Part shown: in pieces, positions 28,614 through 36,064 of the stretch
How positions within the stretch are numbered: the stretch's first letter is position 1
Layout: the number at the start of each line of letters is the position of its first letter
Virus record (IMG/VR): IMGVR_UViG_3300029305_006397
DNA: 64,000 nt
Source of the DNA: a virus
Reading direction: 5' to 3' (one strand)
Position numbers and translations under genes: made by a program
The notes under the pieces: model-generated
Told to the model about the DNA's origin: nothing
What the model saw: only the letters and a program-made list of their open reading frames with translations
Databases searched by the model: none

Positions 28614-29201
28614 ATGACAGGCAACTTAGAGGTTACAAGTAGCGGAGGCTCAAATCATCAGGGCCTTGATAGTGTAAACAGCTATGGTTATTTAATGAGT
28701 GGAGGTACAGGAGGAAAGCTGTATTTCACAATAGGCGCAAACTCTATTAATGAAGGTAAGCCAGCAGAGATTATCGGCATTAAAACGAAGACTTCATGTC
28801 CATATGGGGCACAAGCTGATACATTTAGCTGGTATTTTGTTAACACTGAAAAACAAACAGCTACTTTAAGTCAAAACATTGTCCGCACTTTAACATGGGG
28901 GCAAAAGACAATTGATTATTTTAATAGCTTCAGAGATGAAAGAAAGTGTTTTTCAAAAGCAAAAAGCGGAATTGCTTTGCATATTGCAGACACTTCTTAT
29001 AGTTCTTCCAGTCAAGATACTGATGGAAATATTAGAATTGCGCGCACTGGATCAGTATTGACAATTACCTGGAAAGCATTGAATCAAGCGAAAATATTTG
29101 TTAATGGACAATGGATAAATGCAGAACCTCATATTTACACTCAATCTATGTGGATACCTGTTGATTTTTATATTTGTCACAATAACGAATGGAAAAATTA
29201 G
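28614..29201 (+). CDS. RBP-associated protein (paralog of 33927-34511)
   Basis: The start is set at ATG 28614 (MTGNLEV..) by alignment with the paralog's MTGRVSV. Shared motifs are INEGKPA.I.GI, I(D/E)YFNS.RD and a terminal EWKN. Confidence 0.55.
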   Translation: MTGNLEVTSSGGSNHQGLDSVNSYGYLMSGGTGGKLYFTIGANSINEGKPAEIIGIKTKTSCPYGAQADTFSWYFVNTEKQTATLSQNIVRTLTWGQKTIDYFNSFRDERKCFSKAKSGIALHIADTSYSSSSQDTDGNIRIARTGSVLTITWKALNQAKIFVNGQWINAEPHIYTQSMWIPVDFYICHNNEWKN

Positions 29202-29224
29202 AATTTTGAGGGAGATGGGTAAAA

Positions 29225-29395
29225 TTGAAATATATAAATTGGGATGGCCTTAAATACTTTCTCGATAAAATTTTAGAGACGGTTATGGGCTTACTTTCAG
29301 ATAAAGTAAGTACGACTGATTTAGTAGAAACAACGGATGCCGAAATTGATGAGATTTGCGGAGCTGAAGTTGTTGCTGATGGGGTGAGTTATTAA
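29225..29395 (+). CDS. mini fibre adaptor (56 aa, TTG start; absent from the ORF track)
   Basis: The frame is open from 29210. TTG 29225 lies 10 nt after GAGGGAG. It carries both the N-terminal (WDGLKYFLDKI) and C-terminal (TDAEIDEICG) family motifs. Its stop overlaps the next ATG (TAATG). Confidence 0.45.
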   Translation: MKYINWDGLKYFLDKILETVMGLLSDKVSTTDLVETTDAEIDEICGAEVVADGVSY

Positions 29396-29937
29396 TGGCA
29401 AATGTTATTATTGACGATACTAGCTTAGTGAATATTGCAGATGCAATTAGAGAAAAAAGCGGAAGTACAGATGTGTTTTTGCCTGGTGAAATGGCTAATG
29501 CCATTCTAAATCTTGCTACAAATGCGGGATGGGATGTAGTGACAAAATCCGGATTTAAACCAACTGTAAATGGAACGGCAGAAATAGTAAATCATAATTT
29601 AGGTAGAAAGCCACGTTTTATTATATGGAAAACAAATACAAGAACAAGTCCTTCAACTAGCACTAATTATTCTTCATATTATGAAAGTCTATTTAGCGTA
29701 TCTATATACAATGAAACGACCGATACATATACAACAACTGGTTGGGCAGTTCAACATAGTAGGTTTTCTTATTATTCCACTGCATCGGCAACAACGCCCT
29801 CTTATATGGATAAATTATATTTAACATCCTCAACTGGCGGAACATCGGTTAATGTAAATAGTATAACGGAAAATACATTTACGACACCATCATATATAAG
29901 GACAAATGCTGGTTATACATATTGGGTAATTGGATGA
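29395..29937 (+). CDS. small receptor-binding head candidate
   Basis: 180 aa. The N-terminal motif VNIADAIREKSGSTD is shared with the 30306-30731 protein (VAVADAVRVKTGESK). S/T/Y-rich beta-type remainder. Confidence 0.55.
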   Translation: MANVIIDDTSLVNIADAIREKSGSTDVFLPGEMANAILNLATNAGWDVVTKSGFKPTVNGTAEIVNHNLGRKPRFIIWKTNTRTSPSTSTNYSSYYESLFSVSIYNETTDTYTTTGWAVQHSRFSYYSTASATTPSYMDKLYLTSSTGGTSVNVNSITENTFTTPSYIRTNAGYTYWVIG

Positions 29938-29952
29938 AGGAGGTAATTATAA

Positions 29953-30306
29953 ATGAAAATTGTTACTCGATCTGGGATAGAACGTTTATGGTCTCATATC
30001 AGTATTAGACTCAATAACAAAGTAGATAAGATCAACGGAAAAGGCTTGTCTTCAAATGATTACACAAATGAAGAAAAAACAAAACTCGGCAACATCGAAA
30101 ATGGGGCTACCAATACAACAATTGATGCGAGCTTGGTTACAGCTGGAGCAGCTGCAGACGCCAAAGCGACAGGAGAAAAAATTGCAGAGGAAGTTGATGC
30201 AATGGCGGAAGAAATTCGTACAACTGATCTGGCAGACATAAGCAATGAGCAAATCGATGCTATGTTTGGCGAGACTTTGTATTCTGGCGAGGAGGAGGTA
30301 TTGTAA
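29953..30306 (+). CDS. fibre adaptor-like protein (paralog of 27019-27450)
   Basis: Motifs SGIERLWSHI, GKGLSSNDYTNEEKTKLGNIE and AADAKATGEKI. C-terminus EQIDAMFGETLYSGEEEVL. Its stop overlaps the next ATG (TAATG). Confidence 0.55.
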   Translation: MKIVTRSGIERLWSHISIRLNNKVDKINGKGLSSNDYTNEEKTKLGNIENGATNTTIDASLVTAGAAADAKATGEKIAEEVDAMAEEIRTTDLADISNEQIDAMFGETLYSGEEEVL

Positions 30307-30731
30307 TGAGTGACAAGCTTATATGTAATTATGAAGATATGGTTGCGGTAGCAGATGCAGTTCGCGTTAAAACTGGCGAATCAAAAAAATATTCTGTTCC
30401 GCAATTACGAGAATACCTGGTAAAAGAAATAACAACTCCCACAATATCTCTGCCTAAGCTTGAAAATCCCGCAAGCGAGGCGGAGATTTTTTATGGATAT
30501 GAAACAATAGACGCCGCTGGCAATAAAAAAACTGGTAATTTTACCATTGATAATGAACTTATCGATCAGAACTCACTTCTTACGAGCATCGTAGAAACTT
30601 TAAGAATGAGAGTGCTCGAAGCAGCTGGCATGATTGTTACAGATTACGACGAAGAGACGGCAACATTGTCTCTTTCATTATCTAACGCTACAGTTACAAC
30701 TCAGGGCGATACAGTGGTTATTACCGGATAA
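30306..30731 (+). CDS. small receptor-binding head candidate
   Basis: 141 aa. The N-terminal ADA(V/I)R.K(T/S)G motif is shared with the 29395-29937 protein. Confidence 0.55.
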   Translation: MSDKLICNYEDMVAVADAVRVKTGESKKYSVPQLREYLVKEITTPTISLPKLENPASEAEIFYGYETIDAAGNKKTGNFTIDNELIDQNSLLTSIVETLRMRVLEAAGMIVTDYDEETATLSLSLSNATVTTQGDTVVITG

Positions 30732-30746
30732 GGAAGGTGAACTAGA

Positions 30747-32168
30747 ATGAAAATGAGCAATTTATCGATAAACCAAAATGCATTTGATTTCATTGATGAT
30801 GAAGCTGTGCATTTTACAGAACAAGATTTAACCAAGGAACAGAAGGCACAAGTTAGAAAAAATATAGATGCTATTTCGATGACTTATTCTCCACCCGCAA
30901 ATTTACCTTCCGGAAACTGGGATGGGTTTACCTATGGAAATGGCATGTATATTGCAGTAGGTTATAAAGTAAGCGGAGGTGTAACGGGGTGCGCTGCATA
31001 TAGTTATAATGGTTCTGAATGGTATGAAGCTGTGCTTGATCGAGTTATGTCATCAGGCGGACTTAACTCTGTTGTTTATGCAAACGGTAAGTTCGTTGCG
31101 GTTGGAACAATGGGACATGGAGCATACAGTATTGATGGAGAGAATTGGACAGTCACAGAAACGGGAGAAGTAGAAGATCATTGGGAAAAAATCGCCTATG
31201 GAAATGGAAAATATGTGGCAGTTAATTCAGAAGGCTACATGATATGTAGTAACGATGGTATTACATGGGATGAAAAAATTCAGCCTTTTGAAAACACTAT
31301 TTGGAGAGATATAACTTTTGGAAATGGCGTATTTGTGGCTGTACGTTATAGTAGCGGTTCTAGTCCCACTGTATATAGTGTTGATGGAATTAATTGGGAT
31401 TTATGTAATACAAATTTTTCAGCTCTTTATGTTACATATACAGGCGATAGATTTATTGCATCTAGTTTTGGAGATATTTATTATAGTACGGACGGAATAA
31501 ATTGGACGCAAGGTGGTAGTGTTGGAGTTGACGTTGATCCTCAAATTGTTTATTTCAACGGGAAATATGTTGCCGTAGGTGTTAGTCAAATGAGAGGAGA
31601 TGGATTCTCATATATTAGCGATGATCTTAACACATGGACGGAAACAAATATTGATGACAGTATTGGATGGTATCATTTATTATCTACTGAAAACAGTTTA
31701 ATTGCAATTTCAGAAGATAGTAAATTGCTTTTTAGTAGCAATGGCATTGATTGGAGTATTGCCAATGTCGTATTTACCAAAGGTAATGAAAATATTACAG
31801 AAGACATGAAGAGTGCTATGGGCATTTGTTATAACACTGTGGAACTAAAAACTGGAGATTTTTGGATTGATGGTAAACCTATTTATAGAAAAACAATTGA
31901 ACTTCCGGAAATTGCAGCAAATAGAACTTCAACGGATGTATTGATAACCGTGAGCACAGATTGTGAAACAATTATTCGCGCAGAAGGAATGGTAAACAAC
32001 GGTAGCGGTGTATACTATCCGATAAATTTTGCCAATTTATCCTCATCTGGTTATAAGGTTTCTATGTGGTTTAAATCTGGTGGAATTGCTATTCAAACAG
32101 GAACTTCGATAGAAATTGCAGGCGGATTTGTTACTGTTTATTATACTAAAACAGTTACTTCCGCATAA
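30747..32168 (+). CDS. receptor-binding protein candidate: BNR/Asp-box beta-propeller + C-terminal 'WIDGKPIYRK' domain
   Basis: Seven YGNG(K/M/V)(Y/F)(V/I)AV-type blades with S.DG..W motifs (YSIDGENW, CSNDGITW, YSVDGINW, YSTDGINW, SSNGIDW). A C-terminal domain starting TGDFWIDGKPIYRKTI follows. Confidence 0.6.
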   Translation: MKMSNLSINQNAFDFIDDEAVHFTEQDLTKEQKAQVRKNIDAISMTYSPPANLPSGNWDGFTYGNGMYIAVGYKVSGGVTGCAAYSYNGSEWYEAVLDRVMSSGGLNSVVYANGKFVAVGTMGHGAYSIDGENWTVTETGEVEDHWEKIAYGNGKYVAVNSEGYMICSNDGITWDEKIQPFENTIWRDITFGNGVFVAVRYSSGSSPTVYSVDGINWDLCNTNFSALYVTYTGDRFIASSFGDIYYSTDGINWTQGGSVGVDVDPQIVYFNGKYVAVGVSQMRGDGFSYISDDLNTWTETNIDDSIGWYHLLSTENSLIAISEDSKLLFSSNGIDWSIANVVFTKGNENITEDMKSAMGICYNTVELKTGDFWIDGKPIYRKTIELPEIAANRTSTDVLITVSTDCETIIRAEGMVNNGSGVYYPINFANLSSSGYKVSMWFKSGGIAIQTGTSIEIAGGFVTVYYTKTVTSA

Positions 32169-32183
32169 TAGGGAGGGATATCA

Positions 32184-32618
32184 ATGTCTTATAATACAGA
32201 CTTACAAGAAAACAACGCTACTTTACAATCAATATTAGAAGTAGCACAGGCTCTTCCTACTCATGGAGTAAATTATAGTACGGAAGAGACTCTTACTGGC
32301 GGAACATGGATTGATGGGAAGCCAATTTATAGGAAAGTAATTCCTTTTGGACAAATAAACAACGGTACAATAATGTCTAAACCAATGAATACAGGCCCTC
32401 TTTCCTCTCTTGTACATCTATGGGGATATGGTAGACGCGATACAGATTTGCGTCCCTTACCGGTAGTAGCTACGGATATGCCTCAAACGGCAGGTATTGC
32501 TATTTCGTATTTTGATACCGATCCACAAGTCTACGTCTCAGCAGGCACAAATGGTGGCCTTCATGAGTCCTGGTTCATAGTGGAATACACCAAAGCAGCC
32601 GATGTAGCTACCACTTGA
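32184..32618 (+). CDS. stand-alone 'WIDGKPIYRK' domain protein
   Basis: 144 aa. TGGTWIDGKPIYRKVI parallels the C-terminal domain of the preceding gene. GGGAGGG SD. Confidence 0.5.
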   Translation: MSYNTDLQENNATLQSILEVAQALPTHGVNYSTEETLTGGTWIDGKPIYRKVIPFGQINNGTIMSKPMNTGPLSSLVHLWGYGRRDTDLRPLPVVATDMPQTAGIAISYFDTDPQVYVSAGTNGGLHESWFIVEYTKAADVATT

Positions 32619-32640
32619 TATAAAGAAGGGAGCGAATGAT

Positions 32641-33897
32641 ATGGCGGTTTTAAAAGAGACAGGACTGCAGCATTTATGCAATCATATTAATTCTCAAATT
32701 ACTATATTAGAAGGTAATATGACGTGTTGTCCGCGTAAAGCAACTGGAAATCCTATTATATTTGAAAATGGTATAGAAAACTTTAGAGTGAGTGCTAAAA
32801 TTATAAATGAATTTGAGAGACCAACCAGTAATGGCGGAGAGGAAACTATTATTGAAAATTGGCCCACACCAGATTCTCCTGCGGATATTCCAGTAAAGAA
32901 AACAAACTATTTCATATATTCTGGCATTAATAACAATATGTTTAATAAAGATGCTCTGAATTATGGTGTAAATGAGTCTGGAACGGCTGTTGCGTCTATG
33001 GCAATTAGCAATAAAATTTATATTCCTACTCAGGGAGAATTATTTATCAATTTATTCAATGTTCCCGATACGGTTAGTATATCTTGCATAGTATGCGACC
33101 GGGCATCTGATGGTATATATAGCTATGGCAGTGTTGATATTATGGAATCTGGATCACCGTATGTGAGCTATGGAGATTGGGGACTTGGCGGCGTAGTTGA
33201 TAGCATTATAATTTCAATTTCAAAGCTGGATGAAAGCGAGCTTACGTCAAGCGATCTAGCTGAATTGCGTGTAGGCGTTTATGCTACTTATGATCCGGAA
33301 GAGCTTACTTTTGAGGCAGGAAAAGGCAATTTCATCAGCATTGATGTGGATAGTGCCTGGGATGCTAGTGCAGGATACTTTGGCATTGTAGACTTAAATC
33401 AGGGGATTATCGAGATGAATTATGGCGTGGTAATGCTCTCTGATTTGGTCGCTGAAACTGTGACTTGGACTAAAAACACAACAGCAACTCCAACAGGCGA
33501 TTCAATTTCATATTGGTCTACATCAGATATACAGATTGATGATTATGATAGCGACTTGTTTTGTACACACTATTCTACCAATAGTATCGGCAGCTATGGA
33601 TTGGATTATGATGGAGATACACTGTCAATTTATAATGCAACTGATTTTGCTACTGAGGATGAATTTAAAGCATTTGTAGGTAGTTTAAGCGGTATGATTA
33701 TTTATAAAAGAACCGAGCCTCTGATTTATCAAATTTCTACTCCCAATATTTATTGTTATGAAGGTTCTAATTATTTATATGCCGATGGTAATATAATTGA
33801 ATCAATATACAACATTCCCGACACGGCATATAAATTTGGCACTTCTTTACCTGCTAACGGTAAAAAGGGCGATGTATTTTTCCTTTTGACTGCTTAA
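32641..33897 (+). CDS. receptor-binding protein candidate (shares both termini with 27450-28598, unrelated core)
   Basis: N-terminus MAVLKETGLQHL and C-terminus FGTSLPANGKKGDVFFLLTA match MAVLKRNGLEHL and YGTTLPETASEGELFFLLNS of the 27450-28598 protein. Confidence 0.55.
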   Translation: MAVLKETGLQHLCNHINSQITILEGNMTCCPRKATGNPIIFENGIENFRVSAKIINEFERPTSNGGEETIIENWPTPDSPADIPVKKTNYFIYSGINNNMFNKDALNYGVNESGTAVASMAISNKIYIPTQGELFINLFNVPDTVSISCIVCDRASDGIYSYGSVDIMESGSPYVSYGDWGLGGVVDSIIISISKLDESELTSSDLAELRVGVYATYDPEELTFEAGKGNFISIDVDSAWDASAGYFGIVDLNQGIIEMNYGVVMLSDLVAETVTWTKNTTATPTGDSISYWSTSDIQIDDYDSDLFCTHYSTNSIGSYGLDYDGDTLSIYNATDFATEDEFKAFVGSLSGMIIYKRTEPLIYQISTPNIYCYEGSNYLYADGNIIESIYNIPDTAYKFGTSLPANGKKGDVFFLLTA

Positions 33898-33926
33898 ATC
33901 TATTATGTTGAAAGGAGATCGTTACA

Positions 33927-34511
33927 ATGACAGGAAGGGTAAGCGTATCTGGTTATAGAGGCCAGAATTGCAACGGCGTTGGATCTGGAGGAACGGCTAC
34001 TTCATATTATAGCCAGAGTGCTTCTTACACAATAAGCACAGGAACAAAAGGCATCGTCCAATTCAGAGTTCCATTTGGAGACATTAACGAAGGTAAACCA
34101 GCTAGAATTACGGGGATAAGTGTACAATTAAAAGCCAACTCTGGCTCTGACGCATTTAATGTTATTCTTAATGGAGAATCCCAAACAGTAAGTATTTCTA
34201 CGACGCCTACAGTCGTTATATTTGAAAACGAAACAATTGAATATTTTAATAGTAGGCGCGATTCCAACAATTGTTTTCCTAGTTCAACTTCTTACATTAC
34301 ATTGCGTTTTTTAGATAGAACGGTAAGTGGAGGTTCTTGCAAAATTTCGCCAATTAATCAAAAATTATTTATTCAATGGGAATCTTTAGACCCAATTCGT
34401 GTTTTTGATGGTACGGAGTGGAAAGCGGCAGATGCGTATGTCTATACTGGCGAGACTTGGGCTAAGGCAGCATGTTATATTAATGACGGCAGTGAATGGA
34501 AAAATAGTTAA
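33927..34511 (+). CDS. RBP-associated protein (paralog of 28614-29201)
   Basis: Shared motifs INEGKPARITGI, IEYFNSRRD..NCF and a terminal SEWKNS. AAAGGAG SD. Confidence 0.55.
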   Translation: MTGRVSVSGYRGQNCNGVGSGGTATSYYSQSASYTISTGTKGIVQFRVPFGDINEGKPARITGISVQLKANSGSDAFNVILNGESQTVSISTTPTVVIFENETIEYFNSRRDSNNCFPSSTSYITLRFLDRTVSGGSCKISPINQKLFIQWESLDPIRVFDGTEWKAADAYVYTGETWAKAACYINDGSEWKNS

Positions 34512-34673
34512 TGTACAGTCGGCATGAAGACGATAAACTCATGCAATTGGGTGATCAGCAGCCCTATAAATGCGAGTCGGCCATGACGGCGAGAATATCA
34601 TGGACGTGTAGTAGATGCTCGGAAGGGCATTGCGGCTGTTTGCCTAGCATAAAAGGCATCCACATACGATAAT

Positions 34674-34704
34674 GGGGAGAGCGATTGGCTCTCCCCTATT
34701 TTTT
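34674..34704 (+). terminator. intrinsic terminator closing the plus-strand arm
   Basis: GGGGAGAGC-gattg-GCTCTCCCC followed by TATTTTTT. Confidence 0.8.
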
Positions 34705-34718
34705 ACGATTTTGAATTA

Positions 34719-35687
34719 TTATTGTGTTCTGGAAACACGATGAACTCTACTATTCTTTTTCTTAATTACATCAAGAGGACTAAAGTCTTCGTAATTTTCT
34801 TTCAGATCTTCAGAGAACATTTTTACATATCTTCTAGTCATTTCAAGAGTGCGATGATCAAGTAGTTTTTGAAGCTTGAAAACGTCTCCTTTATTGCGGA
34901 GCCAATGTTTTGCGAAGGTGTGACGGAACATGTGAATTGATGTTTTGCCTACCTCGCGATATTCATTATATCTACGAATTGATATTTTGAGCGCATTGAC
35001 AGTCAGTTTTTCGTCGCCAACATTTGGGAAGAGATAGTCTTCTGGATCAGACATGCCGCGCCAAAGATCAATATAGTCCGCTAAGGCATTCTTTAAGGAA
35101 ATCGACATTGGCAGTATCATTGCATTTTTAGCTTTAGTGAATCTAATTGTGATTTCTTTATTGGCTAAATCTGCGTCTTTTATTCTGACGTTGCAAATAG
35201 TCGAAGCACGATTTCCTGTTGCAAGAATCCAATTTACAATTGCCCATGATCTCCATTCTGTAAATGAATCTTGCTTAGAAGGACGTTTCAGCAGAGCAAG
35301 CAGTTCCTGATCGTTATATGTTTCTATTATACTTTCTTGTTCTCCGACCAATTTTATTGCAAATTCGCTAAGGTACTTATGCTCCATGCACCAATACAGA
35401 AATGCCCTAACGTGGCGCAGATAGTGATTTACGGAAGCTGGGGAAAGGTCTTCGTCTAACAGTCGTTTTGAAAACTTGAGTATATATTCTTCTGTTACAT
35501 CTTTGATATTAGTCCGTAGACCCTCTTCGTCTAAAAAACTGTTCCACCTCTTGAAGCTGTCGTTGGCTGAACGTATCGTATCTTTAGAAGCATTTGATGC
35601 GATTTTCTCAGCGATGTACTTGTAATATGCTTGTTCAATTGTCAAACTAACTTCGTTCGTTCTGACCATTTTTCTTTGAGTTGCCAT
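34719..35687 (-). CDS. int: tyrosine recombinase / phage integrase
   Basis: Catalytic signature: R in ATGNRAS, HxxR in HMFRHTF, and H..Y in LLDHRTLEMTRRYV. ATG 35687 lies 7 nt after GGAG. The longer track ORF (to 35759) has no SD. Confidence 0.9.
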   Translation of the reverse strand: MATQRKMVRTNEVSLTIEQAYYKYIAEKIASNASKDTIRSANDSFKRWNSFLDEEGLRTNIKDVTEEYILKFSKRLLDEDLSPASVNHYLRHVRAFLYWCMEHKYLSEFAIKLVGEQESIIETYNDQELLALLKRPSKQDSFTEWRSWAIVNWILATGNRASTICNVRIKDADLANKEITIRFTKAKNAMILPMSISLKNALADYIDLWRGMSDPEDYLFPNVGDEKLTVNALKISIRRYNEYREVGKTSIHMFRHTFAKHWLRNKGDVFKLQKLLDHRTLEMTRRYVKMFSEDLKENYEDFSPLDVIKKKNSRVHRVSRTQ

Positions 35688-35726
35688 ATGGGTTCTCCTT
35701 TCATAATGGTGATTAAAAGGTGAAAC

Positions 35727-35770
35727 CCTGATTTGATTTTGGGTGTCTGAAACTGACATCCTGATTTAAT
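35727..35770 (+). repeat. two direct copies of CCTGATTT(G/A)AT (35727-35737 and 35760-35770) between int and the tRNA
   Basis: Read directly from the sequence. The same core CCTGATT is the plus-strand reading of the tRNA anticodon arm (35884-35900). Confidence 0.8.
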
Positions 35771-35850
35771 TGGTTTCTTGGAGTCCTTTGAACGAATTAC
35801 AGATAAACAAAAAAGGCCAAAAGCCTTGAAATCAAAGACTTTTGACCATT

Positions 35851-35926
35851 TGGTACACCTTCAGGGGCTCGAACCCTGGACACCCTGATTAAGAGTCAGG
35901 TGCTCTACCAACTGAGCTAAAGGTGC
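35851..35926 (-). tRNA. tRNA-Lys: tRNA-Lys (anticodon CUU), 76 nt with encoded CCA
   Basis: The minus-strand sequence GCACCTT-TA-GCTC-AGTTGGTA-GAGC-A-CCTGA-CTCTTAA-TCAGG-GTGTC-CAGGG-TTCGAGC-CCCTG-AAGGTGT-ACCA folds as a cloverleaf. The anticodon CTT is at plus coordinates 35891-35893. Confidence 0.9.
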
Positions 35927-35997
35927 ATGTCAAAATGCCGCGTTTTCAAGGGGTTTGGGATTTTTGTCTCCTCGTGTTTTTCAAAGGTGACTACATG

Positions 35998-36048
35998 ATT
36001 AAAATCAGGAATACCTAAATTTCGCTTGATGACCTGATCAAAATCAGG
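35998..36048. repeat. two inverted-orientation copies of the CCTGATTTT(A/G)AT motif; the second forms the palindrome CCTGATCAAAATCAGG (36033-36048)
   Basis: attaaaatcagg at 35998-36009 and atcaaaatcagg at 36037-36048 are reverse complements of the motif found at 35727 and 35760. Confidence 0.8.
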
Positions 36049-36064
36049 GGTTCTACTTACTTTA

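Noticed and set aside
27019-34511. Diversity-generating retroelement or invertible shufflon acting on the RBP cassettes
   Set aside because: There is no reverse transcriptase in the window. Paralog similarity is at protein-motif level, without a template/variable repeat pair. All cassettes are co-oriented and no inverted crossover repeats were seen, so inversion by the nearby integrase is unsupported.
35851-35926. tRNA as a host gene marking a prophage/host boundary
   Set aside because: Phage genes continue on both sides: integrase and fibres on one side, kinase and the replication module on the other. The tRNA is therefore phage-borne.
35727-36048. Possible CRISPR-like array from the CCTGATTT repeats
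   Set aside because: The repeats are only 11-12 nt, occur in both orientations and have irregular spacing. There are no cas genes. They fit recombinase or regulator binding sites better.
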